64,000 bases of DNA from Epithemia pelagica (GCA_946965045.2 OX337229.1:372001-436000); one strand, 5' to 3'; shown: positions 50,340-62,202, counted from the stretch's first letter. Made by a program: numbers and translations. Notes: generated by a model from the letters alone, not told the origin.

Positions 50340-50520
50340 TTAGAGAGAAAAAGATAGAGCGTTCATGATAGAAATCGAACATGGTTTACTGGCCAAACTC
50401 TTCTCTCACCATGTCAAAACGACATGAAACATCCTTTGCCAAATCTCAAGATAGGGGAACACCACTCTCACTCCTAGAGGAGTGTGCGGAGATTGGACTT
50501 GCATATAATAGAGGAAGTGG

Positions 50521-51434
50521 TAGAGCTGGGTCAAGCGTCAAGCGCTCAAGCGCTCAAGCGCTTGACCTCTCAAGCGCTTGAGGAGCTCCAGCGCAGAAAG
50601 GGTGTTGCTTGAGAGCTCAAGCGCTCAAGCACCCGGACTACCGGAAAGTCCCTAAACGTAACAAAAACCCTCATTCATCTGCCCTTCACACCTTTCCAAA
50701 ATGCCCGACAACTCCAGTGATGATGAGAATGAGTCATCATACCATCAATATGATGATAATGATGAGCAAGTGTCCGAAGAGGAACTAATAGCAGGAAGTT
50801 CCTTTTCCAACCAAGAGGGCAAGGACAGAAGTGGAGTTTGAAGTCAGTGACACGCTGGGAGAAATGATGGATGACGAAGAGGATGACAATGGAGACTCCA
50901 GGAAGATTTATAGTGGAGGGGTATCCTATGCTACCATCTGCCGTCTTGAAATTGACAAGTTCCGTACAACGGCAGGACTTAAAATGTACTACGTGAACAA
51001 GGCTGGGACGAAAGTTGCACAAGATCCTTTGCTCTCTTGGTGGAAAGGAAAGGCAAGTGAGTTTCCCAATATTTGGTGACTTGCTCTTAAGTATCTTGCC
51101 ATGCCAGCAACAGCAGCCTCCTCTGAACGGGCATTCAGTATTGCTGGTCTGATAATCACGCCAAAACAATCATACTTTGATCCTTCAACAGTTTCTGATC
51201 TCCACTTTTTGCGTGAGAACTGGGGAAGTATCTTCTAACAGAGTTTCCATTGCATATCAGTTACATAATAAGAGTAGTTACCATTTCACTAGAGGTATTG
51301 CAATGAGTCTATTGCCATAGTTTCCCGTGTTAGCCCTGTTCGCTGCCGCTTGAGCGCTTGAATTTGGTCCTAGCTCAAGCGCTCAAGCGCTTGAGTTCTC
51401 CAGCAGAAAAAAGCTGTTGCTTGACCCAGCTCTA
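50521..51434 (+). mobile_element. hAT deletion derivative (914 bp)
   Basis: TIR TAGAGCTGGGTCAAGC at both ends, 8-bp TSD GGAAGTGG/GGAAGTAG, subterminal TCAAGCGC repeats, hAT dimerisation domain DPLLSWWK…FPNIW*LALKYLAMPATAASSERAFS with a stop at 51077-51079. Confidence 0.92.
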
Positions 51435-54400
51435 GGAAGTAGCTTTCGATGAGCGACCGCTACGGGTCATTTTCATTTCCCCTGCCGGAATCCGGAATGC
51501 CTGGGTAATTTCCCGAAAATGCTTTGAAATCTTGTACCCCGAGACGCCAAGGAGTTCCTTAATACCGCGGGAATCAACGATGTGATAAGGCAATGATGCA
51601 AACAGAATATCATGGTCTGTTGGGTCATGCGAATGGACTTGGAAAATGTTTTTCAATGCCTTCGTTGCTTCTTTCCGTACAGGAAAGGAAGGGACCGAAC
51701 ACATCCACACCACCTTCGTGATGAGGAAAGAAGAGGACCTAGCCCTGAGATCCGATCCAAGTATTTTTCCAGAGCCCAACTTCTGTTCCCACGAGAGCAG
51801 TAGTAGTACCTTAGGTGTGCTGACGGCTATTCTTGCAGTCCTGATACATTCAATGACTGTGTAAGTCTCATGGCCTCGGTGTCTGTCATCATTGTTTCGT
51901 TGTGTTTCAGTTGCGAATGCTGAAGGAAAAGAAGTGGTACCCTGATAGAACGACCAAAGACAGAATCGCACGAACTGTTGTGTCCGAAAGCACGCCATTC
52001 GTAGAGATTCCAACACGTATAGCTTCTCGCATTCGAGACTCTTCATTCTTGATGAAAGCTTGTTTCTAGCTCGCTCTTACGTTCTTAGTTCCACCTGAAG
52101 AAAAGCGACATGTGACGAGATAGGGGAAAAGAAATGATCTTGTAGTAACCTCACGAGTGTCCCTTTTGCTTGCAACCTGTGTGAAGCAAGGCCCCTGTCG
52201 ACAGATCCCGAGCAGACCAAACCATATAGGAGTATGTGGCAGAAGTTCCACCACCAGTGTACACATCTCCAGTCTCACTCCTGGTGGGTAGTAAGCGATG
52301 ACGTCTGGAGATAATCTAGTGCACTGTCATGTCGTTGTCCTGAAATGGATCGATTGAAAGGCAGCAGGAGAAGATCGTATTAGTGCGGACCGTACCTCGA
52401 GTGGAACAAGCTACATGTATGGAAAGAGTTTCACCATCATGGCTTCGCCACCGACGTTAACAGCTTCAGTCTCCTGGGTAGGAGATGGGGTCTAGAGATC
52501 ATTCGGCGAGCTATTTTTGGCGTCTTCGTTAATGGATCGATCGAATGCCAACACAAGAAAGCTCGCAGTGGTGAGGACAAGGACAACATCTTCTGACAGT
52601 GAATTTCCCTACAATGATGGCTCCTGGTAATGTCGTGTTAGATGAAGCTTACCAAATGGGACCCTGTTGCATCAAGAAGAAAAAACGAAAACTGTCCGAT
52701 TCTCGTACAGAAGCTGCTGGTAAGGATTTTGAGTGCAACATCAGCCGCATGAACTACATCTGACTATTGTCAACCTTCTTGTTGGTTCTCAATTCAATGA
52801 GGGTGCAGGAGAAGGGTCTAGGAGACTTCTGAGGCATGATAGGAGGGGAAAAAGTCCTATTCACGGATCCACACCGTGCTTTGTCCGTTGGAACAGACGT
52901 AACCATGACACAGATCTCACGGGTTGGAGCGAAAAATGTGGATCAAACCCGAGGGGTCCAACCATGTGTGTCATTCGGAGTTTTTGTGTCGTGAGGCTGA
53001 TGTGTGACCGCAGACCATGCACCCCAATTATGTTCTTTCTACGTCTACTTCGAACTTCCAACAAGACAACGTCTATGCATGGATGATACAGGCAAACCAT
53101 GATTATGGTTTTTGAAACATTGTAATCGGACGACAGCTGGTGCTCTTTGCCCAAGTCCCGTCTTTGATATAGGAGTAGGCGGGCTTGAGTGTTGAGCTAG
53201 CAAAACAACGACTAGAAAACGAATTTGGTCGTAAAGTCTGAGCCGGCGTTCATTGTGGGGGACCCCAAGAATCTTTATCGGTTAGGGCGAGATTCCATTA
53301 TCAAATATGAGCATTATAAAGACTTGTAAGAAAATGATCCACTCGGGTGTAATGCCCCGCAGTATCTTCGCCCTTCTTTTGGGGTGGAGGGACATAATGA
53401 TGCCCACATCCACATGGTAGCTGCTCCTAGTCAATTATATCATGTTATGTTTCGACCTTGACCATAACAGGACGGCATCTGAATCTTGGGGGGACGTTTC
53501 CGTGAGTGGTTCCTTCTACTGTCAAGGCCAACGTGTCGACTGCAACAGGAGAAGCTATTTGGAATGGTTTACGGAGCAAGCCGGTGGACCAGTAGCGTCT
53601 AGTTGGTTAAAGACAGTGAACAACATAAAGCAGGGCCTTCAAATATGTTTGGTATCACGGTTTACGAGCGCCATTCGGTGCACCATGGCAAACACAGTCG
53701 AGGAACACATAGATGACGATAGTGGACCTGAGGGCTATCCAAGGGTTTAGGTGAGCAAAAACTTTCCATGGTGACAGAATGCATTCGAATTAGAGGCCAA
53801 GAGCATGCTGGTTGGTTCCGGTGTCCTTTTCAAACATAGTCATGAACGTTTGGTTTTCGGATGCATCTTAAGCCTCTCTTCCCCTGAGTTTGACACATGG
53901 TGTATTTGTCCCATGCAAGATTTCAAGATTTGATAAGGAGAGGACACGAGGAAAGGCCGTTGGGTGTTGGGGTAACAAGAAACAGACGGAAGGGGCGGTG
54001 ATGGATCATTCTTCAGATTCTGACTTTTGTCGAGCGGATGTGGTATCCACAGACACTCTTTTTCAAGTTCTCTGCATGTTTGACCATGGGCACTGGTTCC
54101 TATCTCTCTGAGCAGGGCCCAGTACCACGACTAGGTTTGAGAAGATGCCAGCATATTTTGCTTTGGTTCCAAGTCTGCGACGTGTATCATCTCAAACTAT
54201 CATCCGACTGAAAGTTACGCGTAATCCTTGGGCGACAAGGGGGGTCGCAAAACGGGACGATAGTTCTCCATTTTGACTCTGTCTTCATGGGTGAGCCCTT
54301 AGTGTCCACAACCGCTCTCCCGAGTTTCAACAAGATGCCTCATGACGATGGCAAAGGTTAGTCATATCTATTGTTGACTCTCCGTGATGGCAAATGATGG

Positions 54401-54579
54401 AAACCGAAGCAATGAGGGTTGTCAGCATGTGTCTTCTTCTGCTTTCTAGCCATTCGCAGGTGTCTTCCCGTGGAGCACTTTTGAAGATGAACTTGTGGAC
54501 GTTCACCAGTTGATGCCGAGAAGCGGGGACAACGCATGATTTGGTCATAAGTTGATCAATATGTATCTATCTTCACGGC

Positions 54580-55710
54580 AACGCGACTAAGGTGTTGAAG
54601 ACTACAAAGGCACAAGAACAAGCAAGGACAAGGACAGTGGACGATCAATCTACTTGTTACCAAGATTTGCTCTACCATGGTGGAGAACCATAGGAACATT
54701 GTCCTTTTCGTTCAACAGACGTGCTATTGCTACATCGTAAGGGCACTGAAGGGCAGTGATCGAAAGCTCTTCACCAAGCTATATGAAAGACCAACCTAGT
54801 TTGCTCTATTCATCAATGTCCAAAGAATGCCATTTTGGAGGACGACAGGTGATGGTGATCGTACCACAATGGCTTTGTGGTGGCCCTTGGGACCAAACTC
54901 CAAATTTGACACACCTTAGCGTGTAATGGAAATGTGGGGACGACGAGAAAGAGCAGATTTCCCGGACACAACAACAAAAATCATGGGACGGCCAAACACT
55001 CCTACGGCTACGCCGCCCTTTGTCCAACCATGCGTGTTCCTGGTTTCTGTTTCTTGTTCGTGGGGGGTCTCTGAGAACTGCGAATTGCGAACTGCGAATA
55101 CGGCAGTCTTGAGGCAAAACAAAGCAACAGGTTTGGGAGGGTTTGTAACCACGGAGACTCATGCGTTGAACAATGTATTTGATGGAAGCTAGCCGTGGTT
55201 CGCGATGAGATGAGAAAGGATTGTTGTGAGTGTTTGAGTGGAACTGCTAGCATTTACAGCTACAGATAGGATGGCAATGACAAACGAAATGAATCGGCAT
55301 GCGCATTATCGGAAGAACGGTGCCGTGACGACCATATGATGGTTTGACTTGCAACTGCTGCCAAGAGCACATGTACTGACCCAAGTCATGAGAATCACAC
55401 AGTTTCCTCTCGATGCATCTGACGTCTCTTTGTAAATGGACCGTGGCGTAAGAAGACTAGAGACGCACATTCTGGAGTGACAGAACAGATCTGGGCTCGC
55501 CGTTGCTTTTGCTTGTAGCACTCATGCAGTAATTTTGAAGGAGATGGAAGTAGCATGGACAACGGTGTAAGGCTCTTTCCGGTGAAGTCAAGCTTGGTTG
55601 GCATTGCAGTTGTACACTTACAGCTCTCGTGCATAGTCAAACTTTTGCTCTCATTAATAGAAGCAACGCATTACAGCAGATGAGTGCCATGTTGTCGCTT
55701 GAAGGACATA
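54580..55710 (+). pseudogene. Possible heavily decayed Ser/Thr kinase
   Basis: Kinase-like words in the expected order across shifting frames: ATKVLK, NHRNIV, HGD..LNNVF, IWA, KLL…KQRITADE. Many stops; weak evidence. Confidence 0.25.
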
Positions 55711-56111
55711 GTAGCTGGGGATATATGCTATAGTTCCCGCAAATTGTGGGCTATCGACAGGAAACAGCTGGTACAACGAGGAGAAGCTGCGAAGACTATC
55801 GGACGATATATGTAGTGTCTCATATCATGTGTATCTAATGCGTGACGGTTTCTCTGATACGATGATAGCACAATATTTATCAGATAGTTGTCCTTCTGTC
55901 ACTTGTATGCAGAATGCAATCCCAAAGATCTTTCCCCGCAAAAGGCAACAGAAGAAAGGCCAGGAACCCCACTAGTGCAAGATGCACTACAGAAAACACA
56001 AGAAGCCAAAGTCAAGCTTGGACAGGAACATCGCAAAGTAGTCATGGCTCTTTTTCCCCATTTACTACGCTCTCGAAGATGTGCTTTCATTTACAGCGTG
56101 GACAATTCCCC

Positions 56112-56729
56112 TCAGGTCTTCATATCATCGTGGTCCTTCTCAATGGTACGTAGAATGCGGGCTGGGACACCAGCTACAACGACATTGCTGGGAACATTAC
56201 GTGTGACAACTGCGCCAGCTCCAATCACCACATTATCACCAATCTCGACACCAGGGTTTATGGTTGCATTGGCGCCAATCAAACAATTGTTTCCAATGGT
56301 AATGGGTGCCGTCAGTTCATCTCCGTCCAATCGACGTTGGGCGTTAAGGGGATGAAATGCGGCAGAAATAACAACGTGGGGAGCCGATAGACAGTTGTTG
56401 CCAATTACAATGCGATTGCAATCGAGAATGGTGCAGCCATGATTGGCGTAGAAGCCTTTGCCAACCTTTAGGTTGTATCCATAATCCACGTGAAAGGGAG
56501 ATTCAACGACCGCATCGTCTACTCCAAGGAGCTTCTCGGTTATCCGTGGGCGCTGTTCGGTTTCTATAGGAGGAGTCATGTTCAACTCGAAACAAATTTG
56601 TTTGGCATTGACACGTTCTCGAACAAGTTCATCATCCTCCATGGCCTTGTAATAATCGCCGTCCAGCATCTTTTGCTTCTCAGTCTTGGCGACAATTTCC
56701 TCATCGTCACATGGAGAAGAGGACGCCAT
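56112..56729 (-). CDS. maa: Maltose/galactoside O-acetyltransferase (Mac domain + hexapeptide repeats)
   Basis: KQKMLDGDYY, VESPFHVDYGYN, FYANHGCTILD, PITIGNNCLIG, IGAGAVVTRNVP..VVAGVPAR; intronless. Confidence 0.92.
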   Translation of the reverse strand: MASSSPCDDEEIVAKTEKQKMLDGDYYKAMEDDELVRERVNAKQICFELNMTPPIETEQRPRITEKLLGVDDAVVESPFHVDYGYNLKVGKGFYANHGCTILDCNRIVIGNNCLSAPHVVISAAFHPLNAQRRLDGDELTAPITIGNNCLIGANATINPGVEIGDNVVIGAGAVVTRNVPSNVVVAGVPARILRTIEKDHDDMKT

Positions 56730-57201
56730 TTAGTTTCTTATGGCTTTAAACTTCACCTTGATAAGATGATCCAAGCAAATGAAGAGATCATGATGACAAG
56801 GGGGTGGGCATGTTTGCCATCGTGGACGAAAAAAGAGAAAAGGGATTGAAAAGATCCAACGAATCTTCTTGATGGAATTTTCGTTTGGTCGTGGTATGTC
56901 TTGGTCCCGTACATTGACTAAGTTTTGGACGATCAGCGGTCAGACGCGGCGAGTCCGACCGTGCACGTCTGTATTTTTTGCAATCCAACTTTCCATGTCT
57001 CGTGCTCTGCAGGTCTCGTCGGAACATCGCGAAATTGCCTTTTGCGCCTGATGTTAGCAACGTCGGCCACGGACACTCCTAGCAAGTGAAATAGAAGGTA
57101 GTGAAATACTGGAGAACTAACTAGGAGTAATATTTACTGTCAAGATCATAACTGAAAGCACCGTCAGGCCATAGTGGTCGTTGTTGTTCTTCGAATGAGA
57201 T

Positions 57202-58274
57202 TCAGTCCTGAACCATATGGGTGGCATCGTCGTCATCATAGTCATAGTCGTCATCATCATTGCCCCTGCGGTTATTGTTGTTGTTGTTGTTGCGGCGTCG
57301 GGTAGTTGGGGTGGTAAACACGCGGATCCCACCCTCTTTCTTTCTGTAACGCTTCTCCGTAGCAACAAGATCGACGGCAAGGATGAAGACCATCTGCTGC
57401 ACTCCACCAAGATGAAAGTCGGTGTCGTTGTTTCCAAAGGCTTGGACTTCCCAGCGAGAAATTTGTTCCTCAACTGGAAATGGAAGCTTCACACTCTGCG
57501 GGTCGCCCATCAGACGTTGTTCCACGGAGCCATCTCCGTGTTTTTTCTTGATGCTGTCGACTGCCATCTTGTAGGCAGTGGCCTTGTGGGTGTTTTCGTT
57601 GATCTCGTCATTCGCAACAAATAGACGGTCATCGCTCACAAAGAATGGAGGAACTATAACTCCGAGTTGAAGCTCTTGACCACCGGGACTGACCTTGGGG
57701 CAGTAGGCACTGTTTGGCAGGCCATAGACCAAAAAGTCAACACTGCAGTGTTTTTCGTCGGCTTCTTCATACTCGTAGAGGAAGTAGGGAAACGCCACAT
57801 CCATGGAAAAAGGCTTCTTGGTGGGGGCCTTACCGACACTCATCTTTCCCAGTAGCTCTGTAATACCGTCCACTTGTTCGTCTTCGTTCTCGTCCTCACT
57901 GACTTCTTCACCGTTGTCACTGCCGTCCACCTCTGCTTCGTCGTCCTCCTCTTGTCCAGCAGCGCCGGTGTCCTCTTCTAGTACAACACAAATGAGTTAG
58001 ACATGCAGTAGTTGAAACACTCACATCCGTGGTACTTACCTTGAGGCTTCCGACTACCACTCAACGTCTGATCCACGTTCCACTGTCGTGCCTTCTTTCG
58101 GAAGAGGGGAGCAAAGTTACGGTACTTTCGCTCCGGAAAGTGCTGCTGGCGGACTTGTTCAATAGCCTTTTGGTCTAAATTTGTGGTCGAGACCCCACCT
58201 TTAGACACAGGCTTGCTGAACAACACGTGAAGCTTGGCGTTGTTGTCCTTGCCCCATTTACCGGTGTCCGACAT
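57202..58274 (-). CDS. Transposon ORF2 (336 aa): basic helical N-terminus, acidic linker, alpha-crystallin/HSP20-like C-terminal domain; intron 57978-58039
   Basis: KWGKDNNAKLHVLF…FRKKARQW; G|AA splice in frame; YEYEEADEKHCSVDFLVYGL…KVSPGGQELQLGV…QSVKLPFPVE…FILAVDL. Confidence 0.75.
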
Positions 58275-58687
58275 CAGTTTTGTGGTTTTATGGCATGTTT
58301 TCTGGTTTATCAGAGAGATTTGAGACTCGTTGTTTTCTACAAGAACAACTTGATGTGTGACAGATCACACATGGGGAGACGAAACACATGACTTTGATCG
58401 GACACGATGGATCGGGTCTACTTGAAGACTCGTGTCCCATGGCATATGTGATCCATGTTCATTGATGTAGGGCAATGTTATTCTTTATCTATGTAGGCAA
58501 TTGTATGGATCGGTGATCGGTGTGCATCCTCAGCCCTATGTGTGTGCTACGTGACACAACAAACCACAATGGAACAATGGATCCAAGAACTGATAAATGA
58601 AAAAATGATGGAGACAAACGACACACACACAACATAGGATTAGTTACGATGAAGCTAACCAAATAATGAAGATAAGCTGAAAACTCA

Positions 58688-58962
58688 AAACGGCAGATCG
58701 GAGCTAAACGGCAGATCGGAGCTAAACGGCAGATCGGAGCTAAACGGAAGAAAGGCGAAAAACGGAAGAAAGGCGAAAAACGGAAGGAGCTACGAGAAAA
58801 CACGTAGGATTTTGTACTAGGAGGCGATAAACGGAAGAAAGGCGCTAAACGGCAGAAAGGCGCTAAACGGCAGAAAGGCGCTAAACGGCAGATCGGAGAA
58901 AAAAGGCAGATCGGAGAAAAAAGGCAGATCAGAGCTAAACGACAGATCAGAGCTAAACGGTA
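58688..58962. repeat. 18-bp minisatellite, about 13 units in two blocks, between the divergent transposon ORFs
   Basis: aaacggcagatcggagct / aaacggaagaaaggcg(aa/ct) variants at 58688-58791 and 58828-58962. Confidence 0.92.
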
Positions 58963-59454
58963 GAGCACGTCGTAAGTAGGACTGATCCATCACCATCTGA
59001 TATTCGGGTTTGAATTTTCTTAGCTTAAGCCTTCTTATGGAAAGCAAGCAATGATTCTGTCTTCTTTATGTGCTGATCCCCGAGTCGCATCACACCAACT
59101 CGATGTCTTGGGTCTTGGACAAATTTTTAGACTCTGTAGCTACTCAGAGACTGCGTGTACTCGTTGTACTCTGTGATTTTCAATCGAATCATTTACGAGT
59201 TTCTCATGTTCCCTATTAGATATCGGCCAATGGAAGCCATTCAGAAATTTCCAATGCATCTCATGTTCTTGTGGGCTGTTCTTGTAACTTTATAACTACA
59301 CTACTATTACATCAAAAATCGGGAAATAGTATCTAAAGGGCATAACTTGTTGAGTCTCCGTTGGTGCACCTCACACGATCCATCTCCCGCACTGCGAGAG
59401 CCACACACTCAAATCTTTATGTGAGAGTCCTCTCCTCTCTCGTGTCACAGAAGA

Positions 59455-60421
59455 ATGGATTTGCCAGATCGAAAGCGACAACGGTCCAAAGCACCTCACG
59501 CCGATGATGTGCTGAGGATTGCGCGTGGGATCTGGGGACGCGATGGCCTTAGAGAGCGTTCCACCCAGACCGAGGATCTGGAGTTTCGGAGCTTTTTTGG
59601 CTGTTCGGTGGCAGTGTTTTTGTCTTTGTGGTCCTTGCTGGGAACGACCGACACCATACCTGAAGGGGGCACAATCACTCATTTGTTGTGGACCCTTCTA
59701 TTTCTGAAGGTCTACTCAAATGCAAAGTCATTGTGTGCCCTTGTAGGTGGGGTTGACCCGGAAACCCTCCGCAAGTGGACGTGGTTGTTCATTCCGGCAA
59801 TTGCTAACCTAGAACCCCTAGTGGTAAGTGGTGCTACTTGTTGTGAAAGGGATGTCGGTCTTTTCTTATCTAACCCCATTGCTACAGATAATATTTGAAA
59901 ATAGGTTTAAGAGAGATGTTGGCAATGACTGCCTTATGTCAGTGGATGGTACGGACTTTCGCATACCGGAGCACGGCCGGAAGTTCTTTTCGTTCAAGTT
60001 CAAAAAGAGTGGCCTCCGGTACGAGGTGGGCCTTTGCATCCTCACTGGAGACATTGTGTGGATCAATGGTCCGTATGAGTGTGGGTTGTGGAATGATCTT
60101 ATGATCTTCCGCAACTCCCTACTCTCGCACCTAGAACCAAACGAACGCGTGGAAGCAGATGATGGGTATCTCGGAGAGCATCCGAAAAAAGTCAAATGCC
60201 CAAAGGGCTTCGCCAATCCACCCCAAACAAAAAGAATGCAACAACGTGTTCGTAGTCGCCAGGAGACAATTAACAAGAGGTTTAAGCTTTGGGGCTGCCT
60301 TGCCCAAACCTTTCGACACGACCTCGATCAGCACGGAGATGTTTTCAGAGCTGTTGCCGTAATTTGCCAGCTCACAATAAACAACGGTGAACAACTCTTT
60401 CAGGATGACTACAAAGATTAA
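59455..60421 (+). CDS. DDE_Tnp_4-type transposase (about 300 aa); intron 59824-59887
   Basis: HLLWTLLFLKVY…ETLRKW (HTH), CLMSVDGTDFRI, NDLMIF, VEADDGYLG, RSRQETINKRFK; no stops after splicing. Confidence 0.9.
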
Positions 60422-60904
60422 TTTATAGCGCCTAAGGAATGTTAGTTGTCTATTTGTATGCCAATTGTTTGTTTCCGTAGGTTAACAGGTTGCAAGCTAC
60501 AGCTCTACCTGCTACGAGCCATTGCTAGGAGTGTCCGTGGCCGACGTTGCTAATGTTGAAACTCAAACAAGCCGTGCCGTAAAAGCAACTCTTTCTAGGC
60601 TTATCAAACTACGTAATCTCCTTAGAATGAACACTTGCTTGTTCATCTTGCCTAATGTTGCTTTTGCCACGTCGACGGACTAAAGTCCATGCTTCGGCAT
60701 CTTCATCATTCAAGTTTGGATCCTTTGCTTCCGAATCACTCTCTTTAGTCGCGGCTTGCTCGCTGCTACTCGTCGCCTGTTCACATATCCTCAACAGCTA
60801 ACATCAGGCGCAAAAGGCAATTTCGCGATGTTCCGTCCCGTGGGAGATGGAAACAATCTAAAGCTCACAAAAACAACTACATCCTCCCAGATGAAGCGAC
60901 AAGC

Positions 60905-61351
60905 ATGGACTGTACAGACCCATCGACAAAGACACAGAAAAAGAGACTGATAATGAATTCATCTGTAATGAAGCAGCAAAGTGTCGTATCCTCGTCGAAA
61001 ACAGCATGCGAACACGAAAGGAGACATCACATTTGCAAAGGAAGTATGCCCCGTCTTGTCGACGTGGGAGTGAATCTTACGCATAGAGAATTTCGGGACA
61101 ATTGGCGGGACGTTGTGCGTCGATCGATTGATGCCGGTGTAGATCGATTAGTTGTCACTGGCGTAGACTTGGAAACCTCACGACAAAGCTTGCACATGGC
61201 CCAGACATGGTTCCAGGAAACAGGCACTAGGAACTTGTTGATGACGGTGGGTATTCACCCATGTGATGTGAATGTCTTTGATGAAACTTCGATTCAACAA
61301 ATCAAAGAGCTCGTTCAAGAAAACACTGACAGTCGCAGTTTATGTTTTTAG
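60905..61351 (+). pseudogene. tatD: TatD-family DNase, 5' part only (truncated)
   Basis: LVDVGVNLT, VVTGVDLETS, TVGIHP. Homology stops at about ELVQEN, before the expected VAVGExGLD motif. Confidence 0.82.
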
Positions 61352-62202
61352 CACCAGTCGCGTTTCCAAATTTGTATTTGTGTTTTGAAATATTGAATTT
61401 GCACGACTGGCAGTTTGTGTTGCATGACCCAATGATATAAGCCTACATGTCGGAATCCGCGCATGCTGTTAGGATTCTCACCGAAAACTAGGTGGCGAAA
61501 CCTACAACTCATCGAATGATGCTAGTATTTTATGGCATCCGATGACATTTTCCTAAAAGTGAGAAAAGAATGTCGGCATGCTCGCGAAACTATAAATTTG
61601 GCCACGGCATGCTCGCAGTGCACGCGTTATCGGCGACCGCTCGGATATTAACTATGGCCCAACACGTGCGCGCCCAAAACTATCAAGTGCGCGCCTCTAC
61701 TATCCGAGTACGCGCATCCACGATTCGACCTAACGGTCTATGTAATCAAAGCACGAATCACGATCACGCGAGACCATATCTCTGTTCCCACAAATCCAAG
61801 AATGCAAACAGCAACGCGCCCAGGACAAGACTTATACCACGACAAAGCAAGAGCTGTTGCATCCCATACATGTTATCCATCACCCTATACATTCAATATA
61901 CACCAATGCCGGTCTACTCCAACCAGTGAGGACCTATCACACCAGATCCATGGCCGTATGCAAGAGCCAGGACCTCGGCACCGTCAACCACCTTAGTTAG
62001 TAATCGTCTCACAATCATTAATATCACCATTTTAACACTCATCTTAAGACTAACCTCTTATCAGTGGACCGACTGCCCCCACCCACGGCGGACTTCGACT
62101 TGCAACTCTTCTCTGACCCGTGGAGGATTGTTGTATCGGTTGGTGATTCGATTGTCGGCTCAGCGAGCCTTTTACCTATCCTACCTATCTATCTAACCCC
62201 TG

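Larger units (their letters stand above)
57055..60552. mobile_element. Apparently intact two-ORF DDE_Tnp_4 (PIF/Harbinger/IS5-like) DNA transposon, 3498 bp
   Basis: Perfect 31-bp TIRs TAGCAACGTCGGCCACGGACACTCCTAGCAA (57055-57085, 60522-60552), flanking direct repeat ATGT (57051-57054, 60553-60556), two divergent spliced ORFs. Confidence 0.92.
57020..60835. repeat. Outer perfect 39-bp inverted repeat (57020-57058 / 60797-60835); probable small MITE hosting the transposon
   Basis: cggaacatcgcgaaattgccttttgcgcctgatgttagc and its exact reverse complement; GTC at 57018-57020 and 60835-60837 is a possible TSD. Confidence 0.7.

Noticed and set aside
51432-54500. Short ORFs between the hAT element and the decayed kinase
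   Set aside because: No recognisable motifs or consistent exon structure; probably degenerate sequence.
58688-58962. Regular 18-bp repeats resembling a CRISPR array
   Set aside because: Units are directly adjacent with no unique spacers, there are no cas genes, and the context is a eukaryotic transposon.
58489-58968. 159-aa 'RLAPFC' repeat ORF
   Set aside because: Translation of the minisatellite; no independent evidence of coding.
48989-60552. Idea that the 57-60.5 kb transposon mobilises the cargo-carrying element at 49-50.3 kb
   Set aside because: Their TIR sequences and TSDs (TTA versus ATGT) are unrelated.
61326-61345. CACTG at the TatD break point as a CACTA transposon end
   Set aside because: No matching inverted end or TSD found in the window.
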